A stretch of 64,000 nt of DNA from a virus. This document shows, in pieces, positions 53,630 through 64,000 of this stretch. The notes under the pieces were generated by a model, which made no database searches, was not told where the DNA came from, and worked only from the letters and a program-made list of their open reading frames with translations. The position numbers and the translations under genes are program-made. The stretch is from IMG/VR virus record IMGVR_UViG_3300048066_000291, positions 1-64,000 of that record. One strand, 5' to 3'. Positions within the stretch are counted from its first letter, which is position 1; each line of letters starts with the position of its first letter.

Positions 53630-56600
53630 TTATGGGTTCAGGTCAAAGGATTGTCCAGCTATAATCATCCACCCATTTGTAGTATACAACAACGTTACAC
53701 AATCGTTTGCTGCATTTAATGTTACTGCTGTACCGTTTGCAAAAGTATCTGGCTCAATTGTTGCATCGCCTCCGTGTGCTAACAGAACAATATGTTTCAT
53801 TTGTCCTATTGTTCCGTCTGCTATTGAAAATGCATCTGCACCAGTAGTTGTAATTTCAGTTGAAAGTGTGTCTATACTTATAGCACCAGGTCCTGTAATA
53901 GACTCCATATCACCAACAATTGTGCTTATTGGCCCTAAAACTTTACCAGCGACACCATCAACTATTACAGTTGAGTCATCTGCTACAATACTACCTTTAA
54001 CATCACCAACAATTGAACCTTCTATAGTTCCTACAAGCGTACCATAAACTGTTGCATTATATACTTCTACAACTTGATTTCTTGTTGATGTTGGAGTACC
54101 AATTCTCACATCACCTTCATTTGTTCCTGCGTTAATTGCAACTCTTGCATAGTCAGTTGGGTCAGCTGGGTTACCTGGTTCTGTTTTTAATTCTATATGG
54201 TTAATACCCTGTTTGTCCAGTTGAATATTTGATACGCCGGCATCTGTGTCGCCGCCATATATATTCAAGAAGCCAGCCGCTGTTAAATCTAAAGTAGTAC
54301 CAGTATTGTTAACAATAGTATCTGCTTTAAATGCTTGTCCATGTATATTTACAGAATCAATATCTCCAACAAGTTTACTGTCTAGCCCATTAACTAGCAT
54401 AGCAGAGTCGTCGCCAAACACACTACCTGTTAAATCACCTTCAAGACCACCTACTGCTTTAATGTTGTCAGTTACTGGTGTTCCAAATAAACGCAATGCG
54501 TCTGCGGTAATATTTACACTTGTGTCTGTGCCTTGCGGATTAAGTGTAATACCGTTGTTAGCACCAACTGCTGTAGTAATTTGTATACTGTCGTCAGCTG
54601 TTATGTTATTTGCAACTAGTGCAGTTGAAAAACTAACAGTGCCGTCAATAGTAGTTGTACTACCTGAATTACCAATATTAATTGCTGTTGCTGTTGTTGC
54701 ACCAATATTTACTGTTGTTTGGTCTATGTTTGCTGCTAGTGTTGTTATTGCGTCTGTGTATGTAACTTCGCCTGTTGTATCATCGTATGTTAATAGTGTA
54801 TTACTTTCTGCATTTCTAATTGGCTTAATTACTAAACTACTTACTGTGGTATTTTCTAATGCAACGCCAGTTGCGTTTATTACAATTGAGTTTGTGGCTT
54901 GGTTAGTTCGGCCTGCATCATATCCAATTGCTACTGCATTAGCACCTTGACCAGTGTATCCAGCATTATATCCAATTCCAACTGCACCGTCACCTCCGCC
55001 AGTAAATTGAGCTCTACGTCCTAATGCAACAGCATTATTACCTTGTGTAGTTTGACCTGCGGAGTCACCCATCGCTACTGAACTGTATCCTTGAGTAGTT
55101 TGACCTGCACCGCTACCAATTGCTATTGAAGCAGTACCTTGACTTGTTTGACCTGCATCTTCACCAAGTGCAATTTTTGATTCACTTGTTCTTAAACTTG
55201 CTGTTTCAATATCACCTATAATTTTAGCATTTACACCGTCTACTAATATACCCGAATCGTCAGCATATACACTACCAGTCATGTCGCCATCAAATGTACC
55301 TGTGTGCGCACCTGCGGCATTACCTGTTACGTCACCAACAACTGGTCCAGTATGTGTGCCTGCTGTATCACCTGTTATACTACCTGTAACGTTACCTTCA
55401 AATGTTGCTGCAACCAGTGTTTCTATACCTAATGTCCATTTGTCAGTTGCTTCGTCCCATACAAATGTTTTGTTAGCTTCTGTTCCTCGTTCGACTTCAA
55501 TACCAGATGTGCCTAATGTTACACCAGCAGCAGTTTCACCTTTGTTTAATACAATAACATTATCTGTAATTGCAGTATTAGTTGTTTCAATTTCTGTAGT
55601 ATCGCCAGTAATAGTTAAGTCACCTGCAATTACAACATCATTAAAGTTTGATGTTCCTGCTGTTGCTTCTACATTACCGTTTACATCCTTCCATGCACCA
55701 TTTTGGTACATAATAACTTTGTTAGTTGTTGAGTTATAAATTAAGTCGCCGTTTTCAGCTGCAATCGCAGGTAAATTAGTGCTGCTAACTTCTGATATTC
55801 TAAAAGGAACATTGCCGTTTATTTTTACTCTATTACCTGCTGTAATTTCAAGATCAGTTGCTGCTGTCATTTCAGCAATACCTAGCCCTGTACCGTAATT
55901 AAGTGTATTAGTTACAACGGATTGAGAAGTCATTGAATTAAAATGACCTTCACCAAAAGGATTAGTTACAGTACCTACTGATCTAGTATCAGCAACATCT
56001 GGATAAATGTCGCCTGTTGCTTTTGTATTTCCTAAGTCAACAGTTGTAGTAGCACTAATAACAATATTACTTGCCCCTGTGATACTTCCTGCGCCAGTGA
56101 ATTCAGTATCGCCGCGTATTTTGCCAGCAACACCATCAACTATTACAGTTGAGTCATCACCAAAAACACTGCCTTTAATATCTGATTCAAAAGGTACGCC
56201 TTCATCAAATAATGCAGCTAACGATGTATCTAAATCTTCTGTTCTTAAATATCCTACATCATCTGAAAATTCTGATAAGTATTGCGGAGCGCCTTGCAGT
56301 GATGCATAACTTACTTTACCTGTTGTAGCATCAAAAACAATTTCTTCATTGTAAGATACTAAATTACCTTTTAACGTAGTACCAACGATTTCATTAAACT
56401 TGTTAGTTTCTGTACCTATATTTCCTACGCCTGCAACACTAGGAATAATTGCACTATCAACATTAATAGTGTCAATATCAATACTACCTAAGTCGCTTAG
56501 TGGTCTAAATTCTAAACCAGTTGCTGCTGAATTAACTTTAACAAAATAATTGTTTGATCCTGAAAACGTACTAGGAGTGTCAGTAAGATCAGCAAACTGT

Positions 56601-56779
56601 TGTGCTACTAGTTTTTGCCCGTCAACTTTTATTACAGTTGCATCGATTGTTCCTAATGACGTTATGTCTTGTACGTTAACAATTGAATTAGTACGCAAGT
56701 CGAGATTGTCGGAATCTGGTAGTTCCTTAATTTTATTGCCATCTGTAGTATCAAGTACTAGGGGGAATCTATTTGCCAT
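53630..56779 (-). CDS. tail fibre / adhesin-like protein
   Basis: Gly/Thr-rich; four GS[VI][FYV].DDS...V[DN]G repeats; YadA-head-like A[IV]G repeats. Confidence 0.75.
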   Translation of the reverse strand: MANRFPLVLDTTDGNKIKELPDSDNLDLRTNSIVNVQDITSLGTIDATVIKVDGQKLVAQQFADLTDTPSTFSGSNNYFVKVNSAATGLEFRPLSDLGSIDIDTINVDSAIIPSVAGVGNIGTETNKFNEIVGTTLKGNLVSYNEEIVFDATTGKVSYASLQGAPQYLSEFSDDVGYLRTEDLDTSLAALFDEGVPFESDIKGSVFGDDSTVIVDGVAGKIRGDTEFTGAGSITGASNIVISATTTVDLGNTKATGDIYPDVADTRSVGTVTNPFGEGHFNSMTSQSVVTNTLNYGTGLGIAEMTAATDLEITAGNRVKINGNVPFRISEVSSTNLPAIAAENGDLIYNSTTNKVIMYQNGAWKDVNGNVEATAGTSNFNDVVIAGDLTITGDTTEIETTNTAITDNVIVLNKGETAAGVTLGTSGIEVERGTEANKTFVWDEATDKWTLGIETLVAATFEGNVTGSITGDTAGTHTGPVVGDVTGNAAGAHTGTFDGDMTGSVYADDSGILVDGVNAKIIGDIETASLRTSESKIALGEDAGQTSQGTASIAIGSGAGQTTQGYSSVAMGDSAGQTTQGNNAVALGRRAQFTGGGDGAVGIGYNAGYTGQGANAVAIGYDAGRTNQATNSIVINATGVALENTTVSSLVIKPIRNAESNTLLTYDDTTGEVTYTDAITTLAANIDQTTVNIGATTATAINIGNSGSTTTIDGTVSFSTALVANNITADDSIQITTAVGANNGITLNPQGTDTSVNITADALRLFGTPVTDNIKAVGGLEGDLTGSVFGDDSAMLVNGLDSKLVGDIDSVNIHGQAFKADTIVNNTGTTLDLTAAGFLNIYGGDTDAGVSNIQLDKQGINHIELKTEPGNPADPTDYARVAINAGTNEGDVRIGTPTSTRNQVVEVYNATVYGTLVGTIEGSIVGDVKGSIVADDSTVIVDGVAGKVLGPISTIVGDMESITGPGAISIDTLSTEITTTGADAFSIADGTIGQMKHIVLLAHGGDATIEPDTFANGTAVTLNAANDCVTLLYTTNGWMIIAGQSFDLNP
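54900..55177 (-). repeat. six 15-aa YadA-head-like repeats
   Basis: [IV]A[LIM]G..AG.T.QG periodicity. Confidence 0.75.
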
Positions 56780-56803
56780 TCTTAATAATCCTATTGTTAT
56801 ACA

Positions 56804-56811
56804 TATTTATC
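56804..56811 (-). promoter_or_regulatory. late promoter GATAAATA
   Basis: Recurrent octamer. Confidence 0.75.
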
Positions 56812-56820
56812 GTAATCAAC

Positions 56821-57819
56821 TTATACGCCAGCAACTGCAATTTGGCGCCAAGCACCATTCAGATATACCACCATAGTTTGTGCAGCATTTAACATTGGAT
56901 CCCAACTTGTACCATCTGCAACTGCAACCATTCCGTTTACTGGACTACTAGGTTCTGCTGCCAGCACTGCTAAATTTAGTGTGCTAGATAAAGCTGCACT
57001 GTTAAATGTTACATCGTTAGTTGTATTCAAATCTTGATCAAATGAGGCGCCGCCGCCGTCTGTAATTCCGTAACCTGCTAGTGTAGTCGGCTTGCCTGTT
57101 AAACTTGCAAACGCTCCATCAAATAATGCTGTATCACCTGCTAGTGCTGTTGTTGCTGTTGTACCCAATGCCAATGCATCAGTAATACCATAACCTGCTA
57201 TTGTAGTCGGAGTTACTGTCAAGTCTGCAAATGCTACACTTGTTAAAAACCCACTCAGGTCAACCGTGTTACCACTTGATATTGATAAGTCTGTACCAAC
57301 TAATGATAGTTCTTGGCTATCTGTTTCACTAGTAATATATCCTGCATTTTCTAATGTAGTAACACGAGTTGCAAGTGCAGTATCGTCATAGTGTGCTAAA
57401 TCTGTAATTTGTGATTCTGTAATACTAAGTGCTGCTTGATGCGTTGTAACATCTGACTCTGTAACTGTATAACTTGTTAGATACCCTGCTGTGCTATGAT
57501 TACCCCAGCCAAATGCTGTGTTCCAATTTGCTTCATTAGTACCATCTGCATATCCTGCTGTGCTATGATTGCCCCAACCAAATGCTGTGTCCCAGTTTGT
57601 GCTATCTTCAATATTTGCTTTTGGAATTGAACTGTTAACGCCGTCTACAAGTAAAGTACTATCGTCTCCAAATACACTACCTCTTAGGTCTTGTGGTACT
57701 ATTGGGGATCCTGTATACAACTCTGTGAAGTTGTCGTTGATTTTTTGAAAAGCTAAACGTAATGGATCTCCGTCGCCTTTGTTTGCACTTGTACCTGTAT
57801 TAATTAGTTTTTGTGTCAT
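56821..57819 (-). CDS. tail fibre-like protein with gp9/gp10-like N-terminus
   Basis: INTGTSANKGDGDPLRLAFQKINDNF; repeats NW.TAFGWGNHSTAGY x2 and PTT.AGYGITD x2. Confidence 0.75.
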   Translation of the reverse strand: MTQKLINTGTSANKGDGDPLRLAFQKINDNFTELYTGSPIVPQDLRGSVFGDDSTLLVDGVNSSIPKANIEDSTNWDTAFGWGNHSTAGYADGTNEANWNTAFGWGNHSTAGYLTSYTVTESDVTTHQAALSITESQITDLAHYDDTALATRVTTLENAGYITSETDSQELSLVGTDLSISSGNTVDLSGFLTSVAFADLTVTPTTIAGYGITDALALGTTATTALAGDTALFDGAFASLTGKPTTLAGYGITDGGGASFDQDLNTTNDVTFNSAALSSTLNLAVLAAEPSSPVNGMVAVADGTSWDPMLNAAQTMVVYLNGAWRQIAVAGV

Positions 57820-57949
57820 TATTTCTTGCTCCAACTTCGACTCTTAGTTTACCAGCAGTAGCGAGCACACGCCTAGGCTGCGGGGATCTAGTATCAACAG
57901 CTGCCTTTACTCCGCTTTTTACTAGTTTATTAGTTTGTGTTTTATCCAT
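57800..57949 (-). CDS. small basic hypothetical protein (49 aa)
   Basis: Read from the sequence (MDKTQTNKLV...); TAATG-coupled to the large structural gene. Confidence 0.45.
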   Translation of the reverse strand: MDKTQTNKLVKSGVKAAVDTRSPQPRRVLATAGKLRVEVGARNNDTKTN

Positions 57950-60900
57950 TAGTGTTTACCTACCACAACTTCAATAACGCCTTTGTCATTGTCTGTTTTA
58001 TTTTCAAGTGCCTTACCAACAATTCTGCCCGGTGCTGCATTATTGTTAACAATAGCAAACCCTGGAATTGCACTTGTTACAAGCATATCACCTTTAGCAA
58101 CTTTACCAATTACTTTACAAGGAACTCTACCTTGCATTGCAACTGGGCAAACAAATTCTGCTTCTTGGTGTGAGTTCATCAAGTATGCAGGATTAGTAGA
58201 AACAACACCTGCTACTCTATGATCGTTATGCGTGTCAGTCATTGCAACTTCTTTGGACCCTCCAAATACAAGTACAGTACCTGGCTCATATCCTGCATCA
58301 GCTTCATAGTTTTCTGCCAAGTCAGCATAGTATGCTTCAGTAGCTGTACCACGGAAGTATGTTGCATACACATTTGAATATTTTAGTGTAGATGTACCAA
58401 TATTGTAAGTATCATCTAAGTCTGGCTTTGCTCCACTTGAATCAAAAATCATTGGAGCAACACTAGAACTTGTTCCACTGTTAGCAACAACTATACCAAT
58501 CTGACCAGTTGTTGTTTTACCTGTGTTTGCACCAATTGCTATTCCTGTACTTGCTGAACCTTTTTCACCTGGTGCTTCAATAAAGCTACTGTACATCCAA
58601 TCAACACCAAGTACTTTTTCACCATTAAAGTTAGAAGTACTTTGTAAGGAACTTTCAGTAATATTAGTGCCGCCAATACCTACACTACCTTTTATTAGCA
58701 TATCAGGATATGTTGCAGTTGGTGTTCCTGCGCCTGAACCGCCTACTGCTGTAAAAATTAAACCCTGTGATGGTGTTTTAACATTTAGTGTTAGTGTGTC
58801 TAAACTTAATACTTCATAACTTGCATCACCGCCTAGTATTAACGAGTTGGCTTGCAAACTACCACTTGCATCAGTTTTAGCAATACTATTAACCTCACCA
58901 GTTGAAGTTACGTTAGAAACACTGTATGCTCCTGCACCAGTTTTAATTAGTGCTTGACCAGGATCAGCAACTGCTGTTAGTTCAGCACCAAAGTCTGCGT
59001 CTACAAGTCCAGTACCTTCAACAACTACAGTATTAAATGAAATTGCACTAACTGCACCTGTACCAGCATCATCTCGTCCTATTACACTGTCAGTATCAAT
59101 TTGTTCAATGTCAGCTAGAGCAACTGCACCACCTTTGAGTGTTACCCAACCATCTGTAACTTCAAATTTAGCATCATCAAATGCTGCACTACCTAAGTCT
59201 GCTTGGGCAATACCTGTTGCATTGACTCTTGTGCTTGCAGGATTTAAATTTAATTTACTTTGTGCAATTTGTGCTGTGCCAGATACATCACTGTTAACAA
59301 TACTTCCCGGAGTAATTTGTAAGTTGAATACTGTTTTACGATGAGTTGCAAAACCGTCATCTGATTGTCTAGATACAGACGCAGTAATATCACTTGCTGC
59401 ATTCCAAACACCGTTAGCCCATTCATCTACTGGACCATCAATAATTTGACCTTGCTTGCCACCGAGTGCTGTAATAACATCAGCTGCAGGCCCGCTTGCA
59501 GGTTTCCCATCACTAAATACTCCACTAGTTGGTGTATATATGATTTCAACAATGTCACCTTCAATACCTACAATACCGTCTTTGTAATCTACAATAGAAC
59601 CAGTTGCTCCTGATATTGATCCTGTAATTATATCTCCAATAGCAAAGCCGCCGCCTACAATAGACCCAGCACTTATGATAATTTTCTTATATCCTGTTGT
59701 AACTAAAACTTGTGCTTCTGCAATATCGTTGTGTTCGTTATCTCTTAAATCAGGAAGCGTGTCTGTATTACCGCCTACTGAATCAACGTATGCTTTTGTT
59801 GCTGCATCTGAAGCACTAGTTGGTAATGCTAAGTTAGTAATTGTGTTGTTTGCTGCGTTCAAATCGTCTGTCATTGGAACAGCACCGTTAGGAGCAAGTA
59901 CACCTGGCCCTAATTTATTAGCTACAGGAGCACCTGTTACATCGTAACCTAAGCGTCTGTTTACATAACCACGTATTGCACTTTCTGTTGGTACAGTATC
60001 TGATGCATTATCAGTCATTGCTGTGTCTGTACTAAATTCAGTAATAACAACACCACGTTTAAAGCCTAGTCCATCAACATCACTAAGTGCAAGTGATGCA
60101 CTAAATGTAACTGTACCAGTACCTTGGTCTACACTAAAGAATCTACCAACTCTAAAGATACCGTTTTGGTCTGTACTTACATAGAACACACGACCTTTGC
60201 CTTTTTCAACAACTTCGTTAGCTTCTTTCTTTTCAGCTGGTTCACCAAAAATAACATTTGGATAGTTACTTGCATTAAATCCGCCTGTACCAATATCAAG
60301 GAAGTCATGTCCTGTTGCACGACAAGTTGAAATATTAACTGTAACTTGTCCAGTTGCACCATTTTTCAAACCACCTCTAAGTGTAACAAGTTCAGAGCCT
60401 AATACAACTGTACTATTAATCCCTGGTGCATTAGTTGGGTTAATTGTTTCATAATCAACTAAGTCAACAATAGCATAATCATTTGATTCATTGGGCTCAA
60501 CAACTGCATTGCCTTCAACGCCTCTGTAGTTAAACACATAATGCTTTTTACCATCCCACGTAAGGATTGGAGCTTCAGTTGTTAAACTGTCAACAGTCCA
60601 ACCTGCAGGTCTATTTGCTGTAGCTGTTCTTTGGTTATTGTTAAGTCTAAAGATTTCATTTGCATCACAAGGTTTAACAGCAATTGTAGTATCGCCTGCT
60701 GTGTTACCTTTTGTAGTACCACCAGTTAGTGCTACGCCGCCGCTAGTAGTTACTCCAATAGCTTCTTGTGCTTTAGCACTATCAATTGTTAATCTTATAA
60801 AGTCAAAAGTGCTATCAAGACCTGCTTGTGAAGTGTTAGCAGGTAAATCTTCACCAATACTATCACTTGTTAAGAAACTAATACTTCTGTAAACAAAGTT

Positions 60901-63900
60901 TGGATTCTCATCAAATGTTAATGCTGTACTTGGACGAATTGTTAACACGTCTGGGCGAGCCAAGTCACTAATAATATGTGTTTGGTTTCTATAATAAATT
61001 ACATTTGTGTTAAACGGTACAATTTCTAATAGTCCGTTTGCACTAAATTGTGCATCCGATGTACTAAAGTTTAACTTGTATACTTGTCCGCTGTTTGCTG
61101 GCGTACTATCTTCAACTGCTATTGTACCAGTTACACTAAACGTTTCAATTACGCCTGTAACTGCTGTTACTGAGTCTACTGCAACTGTTGCATCGTTTGC
61201 AGGAGTAGCACCACCTAGTTCAGTACCAGGTACTACAAAAGTATCACCTACTTCATAATTTGAAGTTGCTGCTAGTTGTGCTGCTGTTGCTGATACTTGA
61301 TATCCGCCATTAACTGTTTTTGTAAGAGTAAAGTCAAATCCAGTAGCAGCAGGATCACTTACTGTTTGAATTGCATCGCCGTCAATGTCTGGATACTGTG
61401 CAACTACGTGTTGTACAACTTCAACGTTAGCAACTTCGTAACGTGCAAACGCAGGGCGAGCAGGATGATAAATGTTAACTTCTGATCTATTTGAAGGTAC
61501 ATCTTTTGAATCATAAACGTATACTGCTAGTTTTTCAACTGAGTTATCGTAGCCGTTTGAGTCAACTGATAGTGGAACACTATTTGCGCCTAACGCACCA
61601 CTTACGCTTCCTGTAATTTGGTTTGTTGTATCAAATGCTGCTGTAATATCTGTTATATATACAACTTTATTTTGCGTAGTTACAGCAACTTTACCAGTTG
61701 CACCGCTTGCAGCCTGCGTTAGTGTTTCACCTTCTTGTACAGATACATTTCCTGTTGTAAACAAAATTGCATCAACATCAAACGCTCGCATCGGTTGCGT
61801 CATATCTTCATACAATGAAATTGCATCTGGAATCTCGTTTGGATCAGCACCTTCAGCAACTAGACCAAACTCACCATAACAACTTGATCCTGTTAGTGAT
61901 CTAATCTCAGCACCATTCTTTGAATAGTAACTAGCATGACAGTAGTATGTAAACATACTAACCATCTCTGATAGCGCACCATTACTTGCAACCAAGCCGT
62001 AACCTAAATCGTTAACTTGTGTAAAGTCGTTACCTAGTATACTTCTATTACCAGCTGTTTGTAATGTAATAGGCAATGGCGCCGGAACACTTTGTACTGT
62101 TGCATTAACAATTAACTTTCTGTTGTTATTAATATCATCATGTGCGTCTCTTAGTTCTGCACTTACGCCTAATGTATCTACTGCTGGGAAAATTGTATCA
62201 GGAACAGCATTAAGGTTTGCATTTTCAGCAGTTAATTTAATAATGTTAATCAAACTATTTGTAATAGCAGTTTCAGTTGCTGTTGCTGCGCTTCCAGAAG
62301 CGTCTTGAACTTCAGTGTTGCCTGTGGTAGGGGTTACTGTTGGTGTTGCAGTTACATCTGTAAGAACTGTTGCAACCACTGATGCTAAATGCACATATGC
62401 CGCTGCTGTTGCTGCTCGTTGTGCTACTGGAAGTTGTGCTACAGCACCATCTAAGTATGCACGAGCATTAGTTACTGTACCACTGTTACCACCATAAAGT
62501 ATATCGTATGTTAGTGCATCAACAATGTATCTTACATCTCTAGCACACTTTGCACTGTCATATCCTGCCGGCGGCGTGTTAGCATTTACAAATGCAACAA
62601 CTTCTGCACCTAAGAACGTTTTGTTATTTTGTAATCTTGTTGCAGCATCGTCAGCATTTGTAGTTGGAAGTACAGCCGGAGCAGGGAATGTTAATGCATC
62701 TGCAACTCCGTCACCTGGCTCACTTACACTGACTGTGCCATTTTGTATAATATCAACAACTTCGTCAAATCCTGCTGTAACTCTAGTTTCAGCTGTAACA
62801 CTATCATCAACTTGTGCTAGTGCAAGTACTTGTCCTTTTGCAAATGCAATTGCATTTGTTGTTTGGCTTTGTTGATTGCTTTGTACGTAATCACCTGTTG
62901 CTCTTTGATAAGCAAGACCGTTATATACACTATTATAGTTTGTACCTAACGCTACATCTTTTGCAATACCATCTAAAATATATCCGGTGTCTCTAGCACA
63001 CTTTACAGTATCAAATTCAAACGTTCCTACTGAGTCTAAGTCAATGCCTGTTGCTAATGCACTTGTTACACCTGTGAAACCAACACCGCCGTTTGAGTTA
63101 GGATCTAATATTAGTTCTGCTGTACCATTTGCTTTATCGTAATTAGTAACAGCGTTAACTTGGAAACGTCTACCATCTACATAAAATGCACTTGGTGTTT
63201 CAGGACGTCTTACAAATAACCCCTGTGGTTCTGCTTGTGATCCTAAACTTTGGATTGCTAATCTAAATGCACTTCCGTCAACTTTTTCTACGACTCGTAC
63301 TGCTGAGTTACCAACAAACGCATCAACAAACAATCCGCCTCTAAATGCTTGTTTGTTTGCAGATGCTGAGAAACTTGAACCTGTTTGTACATATGGAGAT
63401 TTAGTAAGTACTTGTCCTTCTGGATCAAGTACAAGCATAAAGCCACCGTGTCCTTGTACTGTCATGTTACGCAAAATTGTAGCATCGTTCATTAAGAACG
63501 CATCCATCTCTGTATTTCTTAATGGCGGATTGTAATCGTTATTGAATGCAAACTTAACTGTGTTAATTAAGTTTTGTAATACAGTATCCGGTCCATCAAT
63601 TATTCTCCAGTTTGCTGAAATTTCAGCTGCGTCAAAGTTTGAGCTAGATGTATGTTCTTTAACAGGAGTGTAGTATGTTGTTACATTCAATCCAGTTGTA
63701 AATTTAATAACATTACCTAGTCGATATAGCGTTCCAGCTGACCACTGTGCTGGTTCGCCTGAACCATTATATAAGTCTGCTGCATATTCTCTATCAGATA
63801 CACCGCCTCCTGCTTCGTTGTAAAGTGTATCCGGATTTTGTCCTTGAATTAGCTTGCTTGCTATAGTATAGATATGTTGTATACCTGCAACCGTTTCATC

Positions 63901-64000
63901 TTCTGTTCCTACTTCAACAGCACCTGCATAGTATTCGCCTTGTGCTTCGAGTGAAAATTCATTACCACCATTGCGGAAATCTTTAACAAGTGCATCAACA
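57949..64000 (-). CDS. very large virion structural/tail protein, 5' truncated by the window edge, with C-terminal peptidase-G2-like chaperone domain
   Basis: The frame reads open at the window end (VDALVKDFRNGGN...); C-terminal ADLAENY...GVVSTNPAYLMN...GRVPCKV...KGD.LV motif. Confidence 0.8.
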   Translation of the reverse strand, partial: VDALVKDFRNGGNEFSLEAQGEYYAGAVEVGTEDETVAGIQHIYTIASKLIQGQNPDTLYNEAGGGVSDREYAADLYNGSGEPAQWSAGTLYRLGNVIKFTTGLNVTTYYTPVKEHTSSSNFDAAEISANWRIIDGPDTVLQNLINTVKFAFNNDYNPPLRNTEMDAFLMNDATILRNMTVQGHGGFMLVLDPEGQVLTKSPYVQTGSSFSASANKQAFRGGLFVDAFVGNSAVRVVEKVDGSAFRLAIQSLGSQAEPQGLFVRRPETPSAFYVDGRRFQVNAVTNYDKANGTAELILDPNSNGGVGFTGVTSALATGIDLDSVGTFEFDTVKCARDTGYILDGIAKDVALGTNYNSVYNGLAYQRATGDYVQSNQQSQTTNAIAFAKGQVLALAQVDDSVTAETRVTAGFDEVVDIIQNGTVSVSEPGDGVADALTFPAPAVLPTTNADDAATRLQNNKTFLGAEVVAFVNANTPPAGYDSAKCARDVRYIVDALTYDILYGGNSGTVTNARAYLDGAVAQLPVAQRAATAAAYVHLASVVATVLTDVTATPTVTPTTGNTEVQDASGSAATATETAITNSLINIIKLTAENANLNAVPDTIFPAVDTLGVSAELRDAHDDINNNRKLIVNATVQSVPAPLPITLQTAGNRSILGNDFTQVNDLGYGLVASNGALSEMVSMFTYYCHASYYSKNGAEIRSLTGSSCYGEFGLVAEGADPNEIPDAISLYEDMTQPMRAFDVDAILFTTGNVSVQEGETLTQAASGATGKVAVTTQNKVVYITDITAAFDTTNQITGSVSGALGANSVPLSVDSNGYDNSVEKLAVYVYDSKDVPSNRSEVNIYHPARPAFARYEVANVEVVQHVVAQYPDIDGDAIQTVSDPAATGFDFTLTKTVNGGYQVSATAAQLAATSNYEVGDTFVVPGTELGGATPANDATVAVDSVTAVTGVIETFSVTGTIAVEDSTPANSGQVYKLNFSTSDAQFSANGLLEIVPFNTNVIYYRNQTHIISDLARPDVLTIRPSTALTFDENPNFVYRSISFLTSDSIGEDLPANTSQAGLDSTFDFIRLTIDSAKAQEAIGVTTSGGVALTGGTTKGNTAGDTTIAVKPCDANEIFRLNNNQRTATANRPAGWTVDSLTTEAPILTWDGKKHYVFNYRGVEGNAVVEPNESNDYAIVDLVDYETINPTNAPGINSTVVLGSELVTLRGGLKNGATGQVTVNISTCRATGHDFLDIGTGGFNASNYPNVIFGEPAEKKEANEVVEKGKGRVFYVSTDQNGIFRVGRFFSVDQGTGTVTFSASLALSDVDGLGFKRGVVITEFSTDTAMTDNASDTVPTESAIRGYVNRRLGYDVTGAPVANKLGPGVLAPNGAVPMTDDLNAANNTITNLALPTSASDAATKAYVDSVGGNTDTLPDLRDNEHNDIAEAQVLVTTGYKKIIISAGSIVGGGFAIGDIITGSISGATGSIVDYKDGIVGIEGDIVEIIYTPTSGVFSDGKPASGPAADVITALGGKQGQIIDGPVDEWANGVWNAASDITASVSRQSDDGFATHRKTVFNLQITPGSIVNSDVSGTAQIAQSKLNLNPASTRVNATGIAQADLGSAAFDDAKFEVTDGWVTLKGGAVALADIEQIDTDSVIGRDDAGTGAVSAISFNTVVVEGTGLVDADFGAELTAVADPGQALIKTGAGAYSVSNVTSTGEVNSIAKTDASGSLQANSLILGGDASYEVLSLDTLTLNVKTPSQGLIFTAVGGSGAGTPTATYPDMLIKGSVGIGGTNITESSLQSTSNFNGEKVLGVDWMYSSFIEAPGEKGSASTGIAIGANTGKTTTGQIGIVVANSGTSSSVAPMIFDSSGAKPDLDDTYNIGTSTLKYSNVYATYFRGTATEAYYADLAENYEADAGYEPGTVLVFGGSKEVAMTDTHNDHRVAGVVSTNPAYLMNSHQEAEFVCPVAMQGRVPCKVIGKVAKGDMLVTSAIPGFAIVNNNAAPGRIVGKALENKTDNDKGVIEVVVGKH

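Noticed and set aside
50503-57600. CRISPR array or DGR template/variable repeat
   Set aside because: The repeats are in-frame protein-coding domains; no spacer structure, adenine-specific mismatch pattern or reverse transcriptase is visible in the window
50506-63535. Numerous plus-strand ORFs in the structural region and elsewhere in the window
   Set aside because: Antisense shadows of Thr/Gly/Ala-rich minus-strand genes, with no RBS, promoter or motifs
1-64000. Stop-codon reassignment as in some jumbo phages
   Set aside because: Conserved genes are full length under the standard code, and TAA, TAG and TGA all occur as genuine gene ends
1-64000. tRNA genes
   Set aside because: Intergenic gaps are short and none shows a cloverleaf with a T-loop GTTC motif

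Overview
This 64 kb AT-rich, densely coding window looks like part of a large lytic T4-related (jumbo-like) myophage. A two-component spanin indicates a Gram-negative host, and PhoH plus several 2OG-Fe(II) oxygenases suggest an aquatic origin. Nearly all genes lie on the minus strand; phoH is the only convincing plus-strand gene. From left to right the window contains: (1) a VWA-metallopeptidase/MoxR ATPase pair and RNase H; (2) a 7-deazaguanine DNA-modification region (queE, folE, DpdL-like T-fold protein, DpdA-like transglycosylase) interleaved with a glycosyltransferase, PRTase, HIT and 2OG oxygenases; (3) sliding clamp, a three-gene sugar-nucleotide cassette and family B DNA polymerase; (4) a block of late, charged modular proteins with T4 internal-protein-like N-termini; (5) clpA and dnaJ; (6) a lysis cassette; (7) phoH and nucleotide metabolism genes (dCMP deaminase, thyA, DHFR, ferredoxin, NTP-PPase), clamp loader, GroES-like protein and a stand-alone DnaE fragment; (8) virion structural and tail-fibre genes, including a subtilisin, with the last ORF running off the right edge. 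Two promoter classes can be read directly: sigma70-type TTGAC[AT]-17-TA[N3]T and a T4-late-like GATAAATA. Several promoters sit inside hairpins that cover the downstream RBS or start codon, and several are spaced to give leaderless mRNAs. No tRNA, rRNA, CRISPR, intron or transposase was recognised. All family calls come from motif recognition by eye, not from database searches.
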